Positions 18,191-26,946 of a stretch of 64,000 nt of DNA are shown piece by piece. The notes below the pieces were generated by a model. The model had not been told where the DNA came from. It worked only from the letters and a program-made list of their open reading frames with translations, and searched no databases. The position numbers and the translations under genes were made by a program. The DNA is from a virus: positions 16,265 through 80,264 of IMG/VR virus record IMGVR_UViG_3300047409_000726. One strand, 5' to 3'. Each line of letters begins with the position of its first letter. Position 1 is the first letter of the stretch.

Positions 18191-18544
18191 TTGAAAGTAA
18201 TCTACTTGGCACACCCACTCAGCGCCCCCACCCAAGAGGGCATCGACGAAAACCGCCGCAGGGCCGCGCTGTGGGCCGCGTGGGCACTCACGGTGTGCGG
18301 CGTTTCGCCGGTCTGCTCATGGATCGTGCTCACGGGCGTGCTCCCTGAGACGTCCGAGAACCGCAGGCTCGGGCTCGAAGCCGACAAGGCGCAGGTCGCG
18401 CTCTGTGATGAGCTCTGGTACGTCGGCGGGCGCATCTCGAGCGGCATGCGTGAGGAAGCCACCGTCGCGAAGAAGATCGTCGACTTGACGCACTTGGGAG
18501 AACGTCCGCCCAACGGTGTCCTGACGATGCTCGAACAGCAATGA
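18191..18544 (+). CDS. DUF4406 / nucleoside deoxyribosyltransferase-like protein
   Basis: IYLAHPL...CDELWYVGGRISSGMREE. Confidence 0.65.
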   Translation: MKVIYLAHPLSAPTQEGIDENRRRAALWAAWALTVCGVSPVCSWIVLTGVLPETSENRRLGLEADKAQVALCDELWYVGGRISSGMREEATVAKKIVDLTHLGERPPNGVLTMLEQQ

Positions 18545-18757
18545 CGATTGATCTCTCCACCCGCCCCCTAACCGACGGCGAGCTCGTTCGGCTTAAGGCG
18601 CGCCTACGTGAGTTCCGGTTCCAAGCGACGGCAGCCCGAGCGCTAGGCGTGTCCGTTGAGACGATCCAGGGCGCGCTCGAGGGGAAACGGGTGCAGTGCG
18701 CGAAGCGAGAAAAACTTCTTGCCAACCCCCTGTCACTCGCTGTACCTTGCGTGCTGC

Positions 18758-18943
18758 ATGAGAAAACTGAAGAAGCCGCCGCGTCAAAAACAGATTCGGA
18801 TGGGCGAAGACCTTGAAGCGCAGATTCATGAGTACCGAAAGATGCTCACCGACCAGACTGGAATCGAGGCTACGTTTTCTGACGCGACGCGAGCGCTTAT
18901 CCGGAAGGGCCTCAAGACTTTGGGGATCAAGGCGTTCCGATGA
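18758..18943 (+). CDS. Ribbon-helix-helix regulator
   Basis: QIRMGEDL...TFSDATRALIRKGL. Confidence 0.6.
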   Translation: MRKLKKPPRQKQIRMGEDLEAQIHEYRKMLTDQTGIEATFSDATRALIRKGLKTLGIKAFR

Positions 18944-19513
18944 AGTTCTCTCGCGTCAGTCGCAAGCTACCCGTCGGAGTCGTGATTCACACCGACGTGC
19001 ACGAGACGGCGAAGATGTTCGACAGTCTGTTCCGGACCGGAACGACGAAACAAATGAAAGTGGAGTCGAACACGCCGATGACGTTGACGCTCGAGGTACC
19101 TGACGGTCACGACAAAGCAGTTGCCGCGGCGCTTCGAGAGATGGCGAACGAGCTGGACGGGATCAAGGCGCAGCGATGAGCGACACCGAGAACAAGTTGC
19201 GGCTGTTTGCGAAGATCCTCTGCGAGCTGGCCTGGGATCAAGATCCGCCGAGCGGCTACTTCGAGACTTCTCTCGATGACGCTCTCACGGAGCACAACAT
19301 GACCCGCGACGGCCTAGACGCACTCGCCAAAGAGCTCGGGTTCGAGTGGCGATGCCAGGACGAGCCGGATGATCCGAAAACTCTTTGCAAAGCTTGCGGT
19401 GGCGGCTTCTTCGGCAGTCGGACCCGTAACCTCTGTTGCTGCGCGGAGGGCGCGAAAGTCGATCGTGGGGCCGAGCTTCGAGAGAAGCTTCGACGATTGG
19501 AAGGAGCCCTCAT

Positions 19514-19975
19514 ATGATCGCCGCCTATCTTGCCCACCAACTTTCCGCTCTGACCCGTGAGGGTATCGAGCAGAACCGTCGCAACGCCGCGAAGTGGGCC
19601 GCGTGGCTCTGGCGGCAAGGCTTCTCGGTCGAGTGTTCGTGGATCGTCTGCACCGGCGAGCTTGAGGAGACACCGGAGAACCGCGAGCTTGGGCTCAAGT
19701 CTGATTGCGAGCAGGTTCGTCGATGCGACGTCATGGTCCTCTGCGGCCCGCGCATCTCGAGAGGCATGCTCATCGAGGCCGGCGCGGCGAAGCTCATCGT
19801 CGACTTCACGCATCTCGGGCTGTCGCTTCCGAGCGAAGATCTCGAGTGGTGCGACGGCATGCCGGCCACGCTCGCCCACGTCGATGAGATGGCTGCGGCG
19901 TACAATCCGAGCGGGCCGGAGCTCGTGCAAAGCGATCAGCTCGAGATCGATAAAAACAGGTTGCCATTTACGTAG
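19514..19975 (+). CDS. Paralog of 18191..18544
   Basis: YLAHQLSALTREGIEQNRR...ETPENRELGL...RISRGM. Confidence 0.65.
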   Translation: MIAAYLAHQLSALTREGIEQNRRNAAKWAAWLWRQGFSVECSWIVCTGELEETPENRELGLKSDCEQVRRCDVMVLCGPRISRGMLIEAGAAKLIVDFTHLGLSLPSEDLEWCDGMPATLAHVDEMAAAYNPSGPELVQSDQLEIDKNRLPFT

Positions 19976-19998
19976 ACCGTTGTATCGTTTCGTAGCTC

Positions 19999-20214
19999 AT
20001 GCCATCACCGTCGAAGACCAAAAAACACTGGAAGCAGGGGTTTAAGGTCAAGCACCACTCGCTCGGAGCACCCGTGCAGCTTCGTCTGAGCGAAGATCTC
20101 AAAACCCGTATTCTCATGTACCAGGTGCAGGTGTTCAACAAGCTCGGCGTCGAGATGTCTTTCTCTGTGGCTTTGCGTTCGCTCATCGAGAAGGGACTAG
20201 AGGCTTCCCAATGA
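19999..20214 (+). CDS. Ribbon-helix-helix regulator
   Basis: VQLRLSEDL...SFSVALRSLIEKGL. Confidence 0.6.
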   Translation: MPSPSKTKKHWKQGFKVKHHSLGAPVQLRLSEDLKTRILMYQVQVFNKLGVEMSFSVALRSLIEKGLEASQ

Positions 20215-20886
20215 CCCCCCGCGCGTCAGTCGGTGCCGTTCTCGCCTCTGCCCTTCGCAAGGTCGTGGGAAACCACCTCTCGCGTAGCGGTCTCGGACAC
20301 GTCTGGAAGGACGATTTCACATGGCTCGAACTCGCGCGAGAAATTGATGCGGCTCTGCGCGGTCATCTAGTGCTTGTCGACAAGAAGATCTACGACGAGC
20401 TCGTTGCCGACGCGAATCAGATGCGTTACGCCCGCAAGTGCATCGAGGAGTACAAGGCGCGACTTCCACCGGACAAGAAGAAGGATGGGGTAAAAAACCC
20501 TTACGTGCGATGGGCGCTCGAACACATGCCGCCGAAGGAGGGGACGTGAGCAAGAAGAAGGATCCTCGCTCGTCGTTTCTCAATGTCGACGATGATGAAC
20601 TCGGAAGAGTAGATTTGCACCACGTGGGGGCGTGGAAACGTGTGCCGTCAACACGCGAAATGTTGATCGACACACTCGCTGCTGCTACGAACGCGAAGCA
20701 CGCTATTGCGATCGTTGAAGCGCTTGAAGCGTACCTTGCGGAGCCTGCTGATCGTGTCGCTGGATTAATTGTCTTGCCTCCTGATCCTAGCCAAGAACTA
20801 CGTGTGCTTCGTAGAGAGCGTGATGAAGCCGTAGCCCGCGCTGAGAAGGCTGAACAAGAGTTGGCGAAACGTGACGAGGAGGGCTC

Positions 20887-21186
20887 GTGAGCAAGAAGGA
20901 CCAGATCCGAATCGGCCAAGAGGTCGGCCCCAACACGCGCCTCGTCGAGCGCCGCAAGAACGGCCGCACGAGTGTCGGCACGCTCACGCCGATGAAGGAC
21001 GGACAATCGCTTCTCACCGGCGCGGAGATCGTGAAGGTCTCCCTCGACGAAGACGACGAGTGGCACGACGTCGAGACGATCTACGCGCCTGAGCCGGCGC
21101 TCAGCGGGCCGCCGCAGGTCGCGACGCCCGCGTACAAGAAGGGCTACGACCGGATTTTTGGAAAGCAGAAGGTGGGGCTCGCGTGA
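20887..21186 (+). CDS. Hypothetical protein
   Basis: Overlapping start/stop chain; GPPQVATPAYKKGYDRIFG. Confidence 0.55.
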   Translation: MSKKDQIRIGQEVGPNTRLVERRKNGRTSVGTLTPMKDGQSLLTGAEIVKVSLDEDDEWHDVETIYAPEPALSGPPQVATPAYKKGYDRIFGKQKVGLA

Positions 21187-21771
21187 GGTTCTTGCCGGAA
21201 GGTCGAACGTCGATGAAGTCGCGCTATCGCTACGCGCTTCGGACTCTCACAAGTCCACCACAGCGCCTCACGCTTGAGGCCGGACCGTTTGATGCCTCAG
21301 AGGCAATGGATTTCGGAGAAGCGGAAGCGAATAAACAGACCGTGCTCACCGGGCGCGAGTGGGTGTACGACTACCAGAGGATTGTCGAGGCTCAACCGGG
21401 GTCGCCGCGCGTTTCGTTGCTCATGCCTGAGTACGTCATGCATTTGTTGGCGGTCGTGATCTTCGTGTTGACAGCGATCATGATTTTCGAACGTTGCACG
21501 TGAAAGGATCGAAGTAAAAATGGCTACTAGAGACGCAAAAGAAAAAGAGCTGTGGGCCGCGTTCGCGGTGGCGGCGATGCAGTCGTACAGCCCCGACGTC
21601 GCCGACGCCGACGACATGGATGAAGTGATCGACGGCATGGTCGAGGTCGCGTCGACGTTCGCCGACGCGATGCTCGACGCTATGGACGCGCGGTACACCG
21701 AGAAGGGGCGCCGGGGCGCCAAGCGTCGCCGCGCGAGTGACGCGGACGATGATGACGACGAGGACGACTAG

Positions 21772-22071
21772 ATGGCGAACTTGAAAGAAGAGAAGCGCCA
21801 GAAGGCGAAAAAGCTCATCGAGCTCGCGTTTGACAACCCCGACAGCGAAGAGGGGGACGCGGCCGCGTGGCGCGCGCTTCGCATCATCCGGAAGTATAAG
21901 TTGCTCGACACGCCACCGCTCGACGGCATTCTCGAGAACGAAACCGTGCGCGCGGTGAAGAACGTCGCCGACGTGGTCACGAATCCCGAGTTCGTCGGCA
22001 ATTTGAAAAGTCTCGGGCAAACGCTCGGGGGGTTGGCGGCGGCAGCCAAGGCACGGAGGCGACGAGGATGA
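21772..22071 (+). CDS. DUF2786-like protein
   Basis: KKLIELA...EGDAAAWRALRIIRKY. Confidence 0.5.
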   Translation: MANLKEEKRQKAKKLIELAFDNPDSEEGDAAAWRALRIIRKYKLLDTPPLDGILENETVRAVKNVADVVTNPEFVGNLKSLGQTLGGLAAAAKARRRRG

Positions 22072-22471
22072 CAACAAAATTGATCCGTTCGTGTACCGCG
22101 TGCGGGACTTCGTTAGGTGAAGGTCATGAACGAGGCCCGTGGGTTTCGTTTTCTTTCAGTTTGGAAATGTTCCCAGGATATTCAGACTCGAAAGCTGTGC
22201 AAAGCAGTGAACACATCGACGTGTGCTCTGGTGCGTGTGCGAGAGAAGTGCTCGACAAAGCGGTTCGCGAATTCGAAGAATGCGTCACCGAGAAGCTAGC
22301 AGCAAACAGTACCGGCTCTGGCAATTTCTCGGGACCGTGCCCAGGTTGTGGGAATGCGCTGACGATTAACATGTCCGGTGGTGTAGATGTGGCACGACAC
22401 GTCGGACGATCTTGTGAATGGTTCAGTTCACGTCCGCTTTTCAAGATACTTGAACTAGTTCGGAGTGGAGT

Positions 22472-22882
22472 GTGACCGGCTCCGGCGACTTCTCGATCGG
22501 CAGCAAAGTCTGGCCGGGCACCTCGAAGCTTCTCGAAGAGATGGGCGAGCTTCAACAGGTGCTCGGTAAGCTCATCGCCGTCGCGGGGAGCACCGAGCAT
22601 TGGGACGGTGACCTCAGACCGAGGCTCATCGAAGAGATCGGTGACGTCTCAGCAGCGCTTGGTTTTTTCATGGAGCAGAACTTCGTGGGCGATGAATCTT
22701 TGATCGCTAATAGAATCGTGGAGAAGCTTCGACTCTTTCGAAAGTGGCACACCGGGCAAGATCAACACATTCGATGCTCTGGGCGCAGTCCTATGGGAAA
22801 TCGATGCGAAAAATTCAGCGGTCATCTTGGCTCGTGTCACGCGAATGACGGCGAGCACGTCGAAGATTGGATGAACACATGA
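22472..22882 (+). CDS. MazG-like protein
   Basis: KLLEEMGELQQ...LIEEIGDV. Confidence 0.65.
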   Translation: MTGSGDFSIGSKVWPGTSKLLEEMGELQQVLGKLIAVAGSTEHWDGDLRPRLIEEIGDVSAALGFFMEQNFVGDESLIANRIVEKLRLFRKWHTGQDQHIRCSGRSPMGNRCEKFSGHLGSCHANDGEHVEDWMNT

Positions 22883-23328
22883 GACCGACTTGGCCCGAAA
22901 CTTGGATGTCGATCGCGCGTGTCATCGCCGAGCGATCCTACGACCCTCGCCTCAAGGTCGGCGCGATCATCGTCACGAGCGACAACACACAGATGCTCTC
23001 CGGCGGCTACAACGGTAACTACGCCGGTGGCCCACACGAGCACGAGTCGCCTGAGCCTGGGCAGAGTGGGTTTATCCACGCCGAGGTGAACGCGCTCGTG
23101 AAGCTCGACTTCAACAACCCGAAAGAGAAACACCTGTACCTCACGCATTCGCCGTGCAGAATGTGCGCAAAACTCATCATCAACGCCGGCATCAAGCGTG
23201 TGGTGTACGGCGAGGCGTACCGAGACCCGAGTGGTGTGAAGCTCTTGCAGGGGGTTGGCGTCGATACGTATTCGTTTGAAGATGCTGTTTGGGCTGCGAA
23301 GAATCCGGGTGCTGGGCCGTCTCGATGA
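22879..23328 (+). CDS. dCMP deaminase
   Basis: KVGA, GYNG, HAEVNA, SPCRMC. Confidence 0.9.
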   Translation: MRPTWPETWMSIARVIAERSYDPRLKVGAIIVTSDNTQMLSGGYNGNYAGGPHEHESPEPGQSGFIHAEVNALVKLDFNNPKEKHLYLTHSPCRMCAKLIINAGIKRVVYGEAYRDPSGVKLLQGVGVDTYSFEDAVWAAKNPGAGPSR

Positions 23329-23856
23329 AAATTCTTGTGCCGTTTTGGTCTTGTGACGTTCCCGTACCGGTGTGCTCGTCAAGATCACGTGACGGGTTGC
23401 GGTATGCGGTTGGACACTATTTTTGGAAGGACAGATTGAAATTTATTCACCATCGCATACCGTGTACACCGTGAAAATCCACCGCTCCACCGGCTACATT
23501 CACATCGATCTCTCCGGGGCCGAGGCTGCGGTGCTCTTCGAAGAGCTCGAGAACGTCCGCGGCGGATCGAAGCTCCCGAAGGTTCGTCAGGTGTGCGAGG
23601 GGCTCAAGGAGTCGCTCGGGCTCAATGCTCTGATGGCCGTGTCGGAGTCGTACAGGCGGAAATACGCCCCCAGGAAGACACTATCGCTCGTCGTCAACGA
23701 CGCGCCACGTGCCGATCACGCTCAACACGAAAAGCACGTGAGCCACGATCGCGGTGGCGATGGCGACGTGAGTACGAGGGACGCCACTGACGACCCACGC
23801 GAATGCGAGCGTGAGCCCTTGAACGATCGCTAGCCCCGTCAGGCGTGTGGCGCGGC

Positions 23857-24084
23857 TCATGCCTCAGGTGCTCCGGGGATCTTCCGGTTCGTGATTATTT
23901 TGAGCGCGATCGAGAGCAGCGGGCCCTCGATGTGTTTCGGTACCAAGATGCCGAGTTCGCGCTGTGCCCGATCAAGCGCAGCGCCGAATGTTAGGTTGTT
24001 GTCGGCCGTGAGAATGTCGATGACCCTCTCGAGCACCGGTGCGCAGTGTCGCGCGTCGCGTAGCGCTTCTTCGACGGCTGTCAC
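23857..24084 (-). CDS. Hypothetical protein, last gene of the RAMP operon
   Basis: GTG start overlaps the upstream TAG. Confidence 0.5.
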   Translation of the reverse strand: MTAVEEALRDARHCAPVLERVIDILTADNNLTFGAALDRAQRELGILVPKHIEGPLLSIALKIITNRKIPGAPEA

Positions 24085-24578
24085 TAGTCGTCCCCGTTGA
24101 ACAACACGACCTGCGCAGCCTGCGCGCAGGCGTCCTGAAGCGATTCGCCTTGAAAGAACCCCTTCACTTCGTAGCCGTCGTTGGAGAGGCTTGCCTCGAA
24201 CATCTTGATCTCTCGCTTGCCTTCGGCGTTGACGCCCATCTCGATGGATCGGACGCCGGCCTCGCGTGCACGGAGCCACCGGTCGAGCGCTTCGAAGATC
24301 CGCACAGCTCCCTCGCCCTCGGCTTGGCGTATCTCGGCTTCTCGTGACTCGACCTGCGCGCGTACGGGCACGATGGTGACCGTTTTCATACGGAAGATGA
24401 GCTTACACGCTAGGTCGAGGTAGGCGCTCTCAGGGTTCGCTCGAACGTATAGCTCGTCGATCTCGTTGATGGTGTCGCGGAGCGCTTCTGCGAGCTCGTG
24501 AATCACGTCCTCGGACGTCATGGGAGCGGGGCGAGGGGGCGAGGAGTGTTTCGAGCGGGTAAGCGGGGCGTCGTTCAT
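24084..24578 (-). CDS. Hypothetical protein downstream of the pentamer tracts
   Basis: 164-aa ORF with RBS AAAGGA. Confidence 0.65.
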   Translation of the reverse strand: MNDAPLTRSKHSSPPRPAPMTSEDVIHELAEALRDTINEIDELYVRANPESAYLDLACKLIFRMKTVTIVPVRAQVESREAEIRQAEGEGAVRIFEALDRWLRAREAGVRSIEMGVNAEGKREIKMFEASLSNDGYEVKGFFQGESLQDACAQAAQVVLFNGDD

Positions 24579-24604
24579 CTTGGGTTCCTTTGTGTGTAGA
24601 AACG

Positions 24605-24786
24605 GTCCTTTGGTTTGCTCGGCTGTGCGCAGCGATGCGTAGCCCGGCGGCGCGCCGATTCGGGTGGCTTTGCTGAGCGCTGCTTTGTTGAGCGGTGCGT
24701 GGCGCTGCGGTGCCGAGACTTGCCGAGCATTGCTTTACAACGCGACGTTGCGCCATGCTGAGCACCGTACCGCTCAGCGGAGTTTG
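24605..24786 (-). ncRNA. Putative guide RNA, tract A (34 phased 5-nt units plus handle)
   Basis: G at every fifth + strand base 24617-24782 (33/34), GC in 26/34; handle gtcctttggtttgc. Confidence 0.75.
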
Positions 24787-24830
24787 TTGGGTTTGAAAAA
24801 AAGCTGTTCGGCACGGGGTTCGTTGAAAGT

Positions 24831-24947
24831 GTCCTTTGGTTTGCTTGGCAGTGCGTCACGACGCGGGGCAGGGTCGCGCGACGATCCGCTTCCCGGTGCA
24901 CTGATCTGCTTGACCGTGCTGGGCACAGCGCCGCACTGCGATGAGGG
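24831..24947 (-). ncRNA. Putative guide RNA, tract B (21 units plus handle)
   Basis: GC in 14/21 phased positions from 24843; same handle as A. Confidence 0.72.
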
Positions 24948-24987
24948 TTTTGAAAAAGTTGTTTGTGCGCGGGTTGTGCGAAAAGTG

Positions 24988-25074
24988 TGACTTTGATTTG
25001 CTGGGCTGAGCACGACTGAGCTTCGCGTCGCGTCGCTGGGCCGGGTTTCGCGAGGCGCTGCGTCGCTGGGTTTC
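24988..25074 (-). ncRNA. Putative guide RNA, tract C (15 units plus handle)
   Basis: GC in 12/15 phased positions from 25000; handle tgactttgatttgc. Confidence 0.72.
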
Positions 25075-25078
25075 TTTT

Positions 25079-25723
25079 CTAGGCCACCTTCCGTTTCATC
25101 GCAGCCGTCCCGTCGACGCAGTCCCATGCGACGACGTGGAAGAGCCCAAACGGCCCGCGCTTCTCAGGGCGGAAGGCGCCGATACCTAGTTGTTCTCCGG
25201 CCTCGGTGAGGAGCTGTCTCACGAACGCCGGATCCATGAGGTTCTCGTTGATGCGGATCGTGCACTTCAACGTCCAGCGTTCGATGCGTGGACGGTGAGC
25301 GAGCAGTGCGCCTTTCGTGCTTGGGTTGACGACCCGGCGACTGTCCACCTCGTAGGTCGTGATGCGCGTTTTCCGGTCTTCATTGTAGAGCGGTGCAAGC
25401 TCGTCGAGAACGAGCACCGCGGCCGGCACGCGATACTTCATCGACTTGCGGGTGCCCTTCTCCTTGTGGTTGCCGCCGGCTTCGACGATCGCGCGTTGTA
25501 CACCGGTGCCAGGGAACACGAGTGGGGAGTCGAGCTTCCCGTTCTCGCGGTAGCAGCTCTTCTCGGCGATCTCTCGCGGAGTGAGTTGCTTGACGGCTGT
25601 GATAGATGGCCGAGTGCCTGGGCCACTGCCGCCGGGTACGTTTTCGGCTGCTTCTGTTCCAAACGCCGCCATAAGTAGCGGCATCGTTCCTTCGATCCAA
25701 GTTTCTGTGTATTGAAAAGACAC
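25079..25723 (-). CDS. Stand-alone RAMP/Cas7-like RNA-binding protein
   Basis: N-terminal strand IEGTMPLL; FPGTGVQRAI resembling RAMP IPGSSLKGAL; C-terminal Gly-rich loop LGIGAFRPEKRGPFG; RBS AAAGGAG 7 nt before GTG. Confidence 0.75.
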   Translation of the reverse strand: MSFQYTETWIEGTMPLLMAAFGTEAAENVPGGSGPGTRPSITAVKQLTPREIAEKSCYRENGKLDSPLVFPGTGVQRAIVEAGGNHKEKGTRKSMKYRVPAAVLVLDELAPLYNEDRKTRITTYEVDSRRVVNPSTKGALLAHRPRIERWTLKCTIRINENLMDPAFVRQLLTEAGEQLGIGAFRPEKRGPFGLFHVVAWDCVDGTAAMKRKVA

Positions 25724-25747
25724 TGAGATTCTCCTTTGGTTGAAAAT

Positions 25748-25889
25748 GAGCTTTGGTTTGCGCGGCTGAGCGTGGCGATGCGGTGCGCTGCGAGGCGTAG
25801 ATCTGCTGAGGGCCGCTCTGTTGTGCGGGGGCGCGCTAGGCGGGGCGGCGATATGCTTTGCCGGGGCCTGCCCTGCGGCGCGGTGAATT
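25748..25889 (-). ncRNA. Putative guide RNA, tract D (26 units plus handle); variable positions spell a rhomboid motif
   Basis: G at 26/26 phased positions 25760-25885, GC in 19; handle gagctttggtttgc. Confidence 0.78.
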
Positions 25890-26434
25890 TAGGTGAACGA
25901 CCTTCCTCTCTCGCCGATGGCGTTCGCGAAGAGTGCAGCAACGACGCCGACGAACAGGCCGCCGATGTGGGCACCGACACTGACGTCGCCACCGTTGCCG
26001 GTTAGTGCCTGCCAAGTGCTGACAGCGCAAAAGGCGAAAGCGAATCCGATGAATCGGCGGTCGACCGCTACGGAGTACGTGACCAGGCCGCAGACAGCCC
26101 CGGAGGCGCCTACCATCGGGATTGAAGAGCCTGAAGCTACGATAATGTGGAGAGCGGCTCCGGCGACCGCTGCGAGGGCGTAGAGGCAGAGGAACCGAGC
26201 GCCCCCGATGACCCTCTCGACCAGGCTGCCGAAAACGGCCAAAAAGGCCATGTTACAGCCCAGGTGAACGAGGGTCCTAGGGTCGTGCAGGAAGGAGTAG
26301 GTGAGGAGCGAGCCCAGGCCCGGATGGGCCGGAACTAGGCCGAATTTCTCGCAGACCGGCATCCCGCCACTCGAGAGCTCGAGGGCGTAAACGGCCGCGT
26401 TCAGCGTCACGAGAAGGAGGGTCACGAGGGGCAT
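25889..26434 (-). CDS. Rhomboid intramembrane serine protease
   Basis: TYSFLH, HLGCNM, catalytic GASG, AHIGG; multiple TM segments. Confidence 0.92.
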   Translation of the reverse strand: MPLVTLLLVTLNAAVYALELSSGGMPVCEKFGLVPAHPGLGSLLTYSFLHDPRTLVHLGCNMAFLAVFGSLVERVIGGARFLCLYALAAVAGAALHIIVASGSSIPMVGASGAVCGLVTYSVAVDRRFIGFAFAFCAVSTWQALTGNGGDVSVGAHIGGLFVGVVAALFANAIGERGRSFT

Positions 26435-26458
26435 ATGGGGTAGACGGATACCATACGA

Positions 26459-26521
26459 GGGTATTCAAGGTCAATCATTCTTTAGACGGCTGTTGACGTT
26501 GAATACCCGGCGTGGTAGGGT
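26459..26521. promoter_or_regulatory. Divergent sigma70-like promoter pair built on a 16-bp inverted repeat
   Basis: gggtattcaaggtcaa (26459-26474) and ttgacgttgaataccc (26493-26508); + strand TTGACG-N17-TAGGGT. Confidence 0.6.
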
Positions 26522-26946
26522 CCGTCTGCTCTGCCATGACCTTCACAGGAGACCCAATGCCCAAACGCCCAAACGGTCGCTATTCGGGCGTCGAACCGAC
26601 CGGCACCCCCGCGGCGGTCGACCGGGCGCTCAAGAAGAACTCGAGGGACGACATGCGGGGCTACGACACGGACGCCCACGCTATCGCGAAGGTGCTCGTT
26701 CGCCACTACGGCGACGAGGCCGATGCGGTGCTCAAGCGCACGTTGGAGCTCCTTGGGGACGCACGGAGAACGAAGCGATGACCGACCCACGCAAGCCTCA
26801 AACCAAAGACGGCGCCGTGGCCTTCGTGTCCGCCGTGCTCCGAAACGAGCCAGCGCTTCAGTCGCCGGACTTCAAGGTCGCGATGGATCTCAGCGAGTGT
26901 TTCGACATTCGCGCGAAGGACTTACTCGAGTACCGAAAGGGGATGG

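Noticed and set aside
24617-24786. Tract A similarity to the ThyX FLTLRMDP codons
   Set aside because: Only scattered dinucleotide matches.
24843-24947. Tract B reverse decode (R-S-T-D-G-V-A-P-P-V-E) resembling helicase RSTDGEVTWLPPVE near 9170-9215
   Set aside because: Needs a three-codon gap; chance level cannot be excluded.
25000-25074. Tract C partial match to SSGSSGLSG codons near 51660-51690
   Set aside because: 7 of 9 dinucleotides in low-complexity Ser/Gly sequence; such matches are expected by chance in a window this size.
24430-25127. ORFs overlapping tracts A-C (24430..24765, 24575..24901, 24664..24990, 24774..25127)
   Set aside because: They are by-products of 5-nt periodic GC-rich sequence, with no RBS or codon structure; a period of 5 argues against coding.
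24605-25889. Canonical CRISPR array
   Set aside because: No identical 25-45 bp repeats with uniform spacers, and no cas1, cas2, cas5 or cas6 seen.
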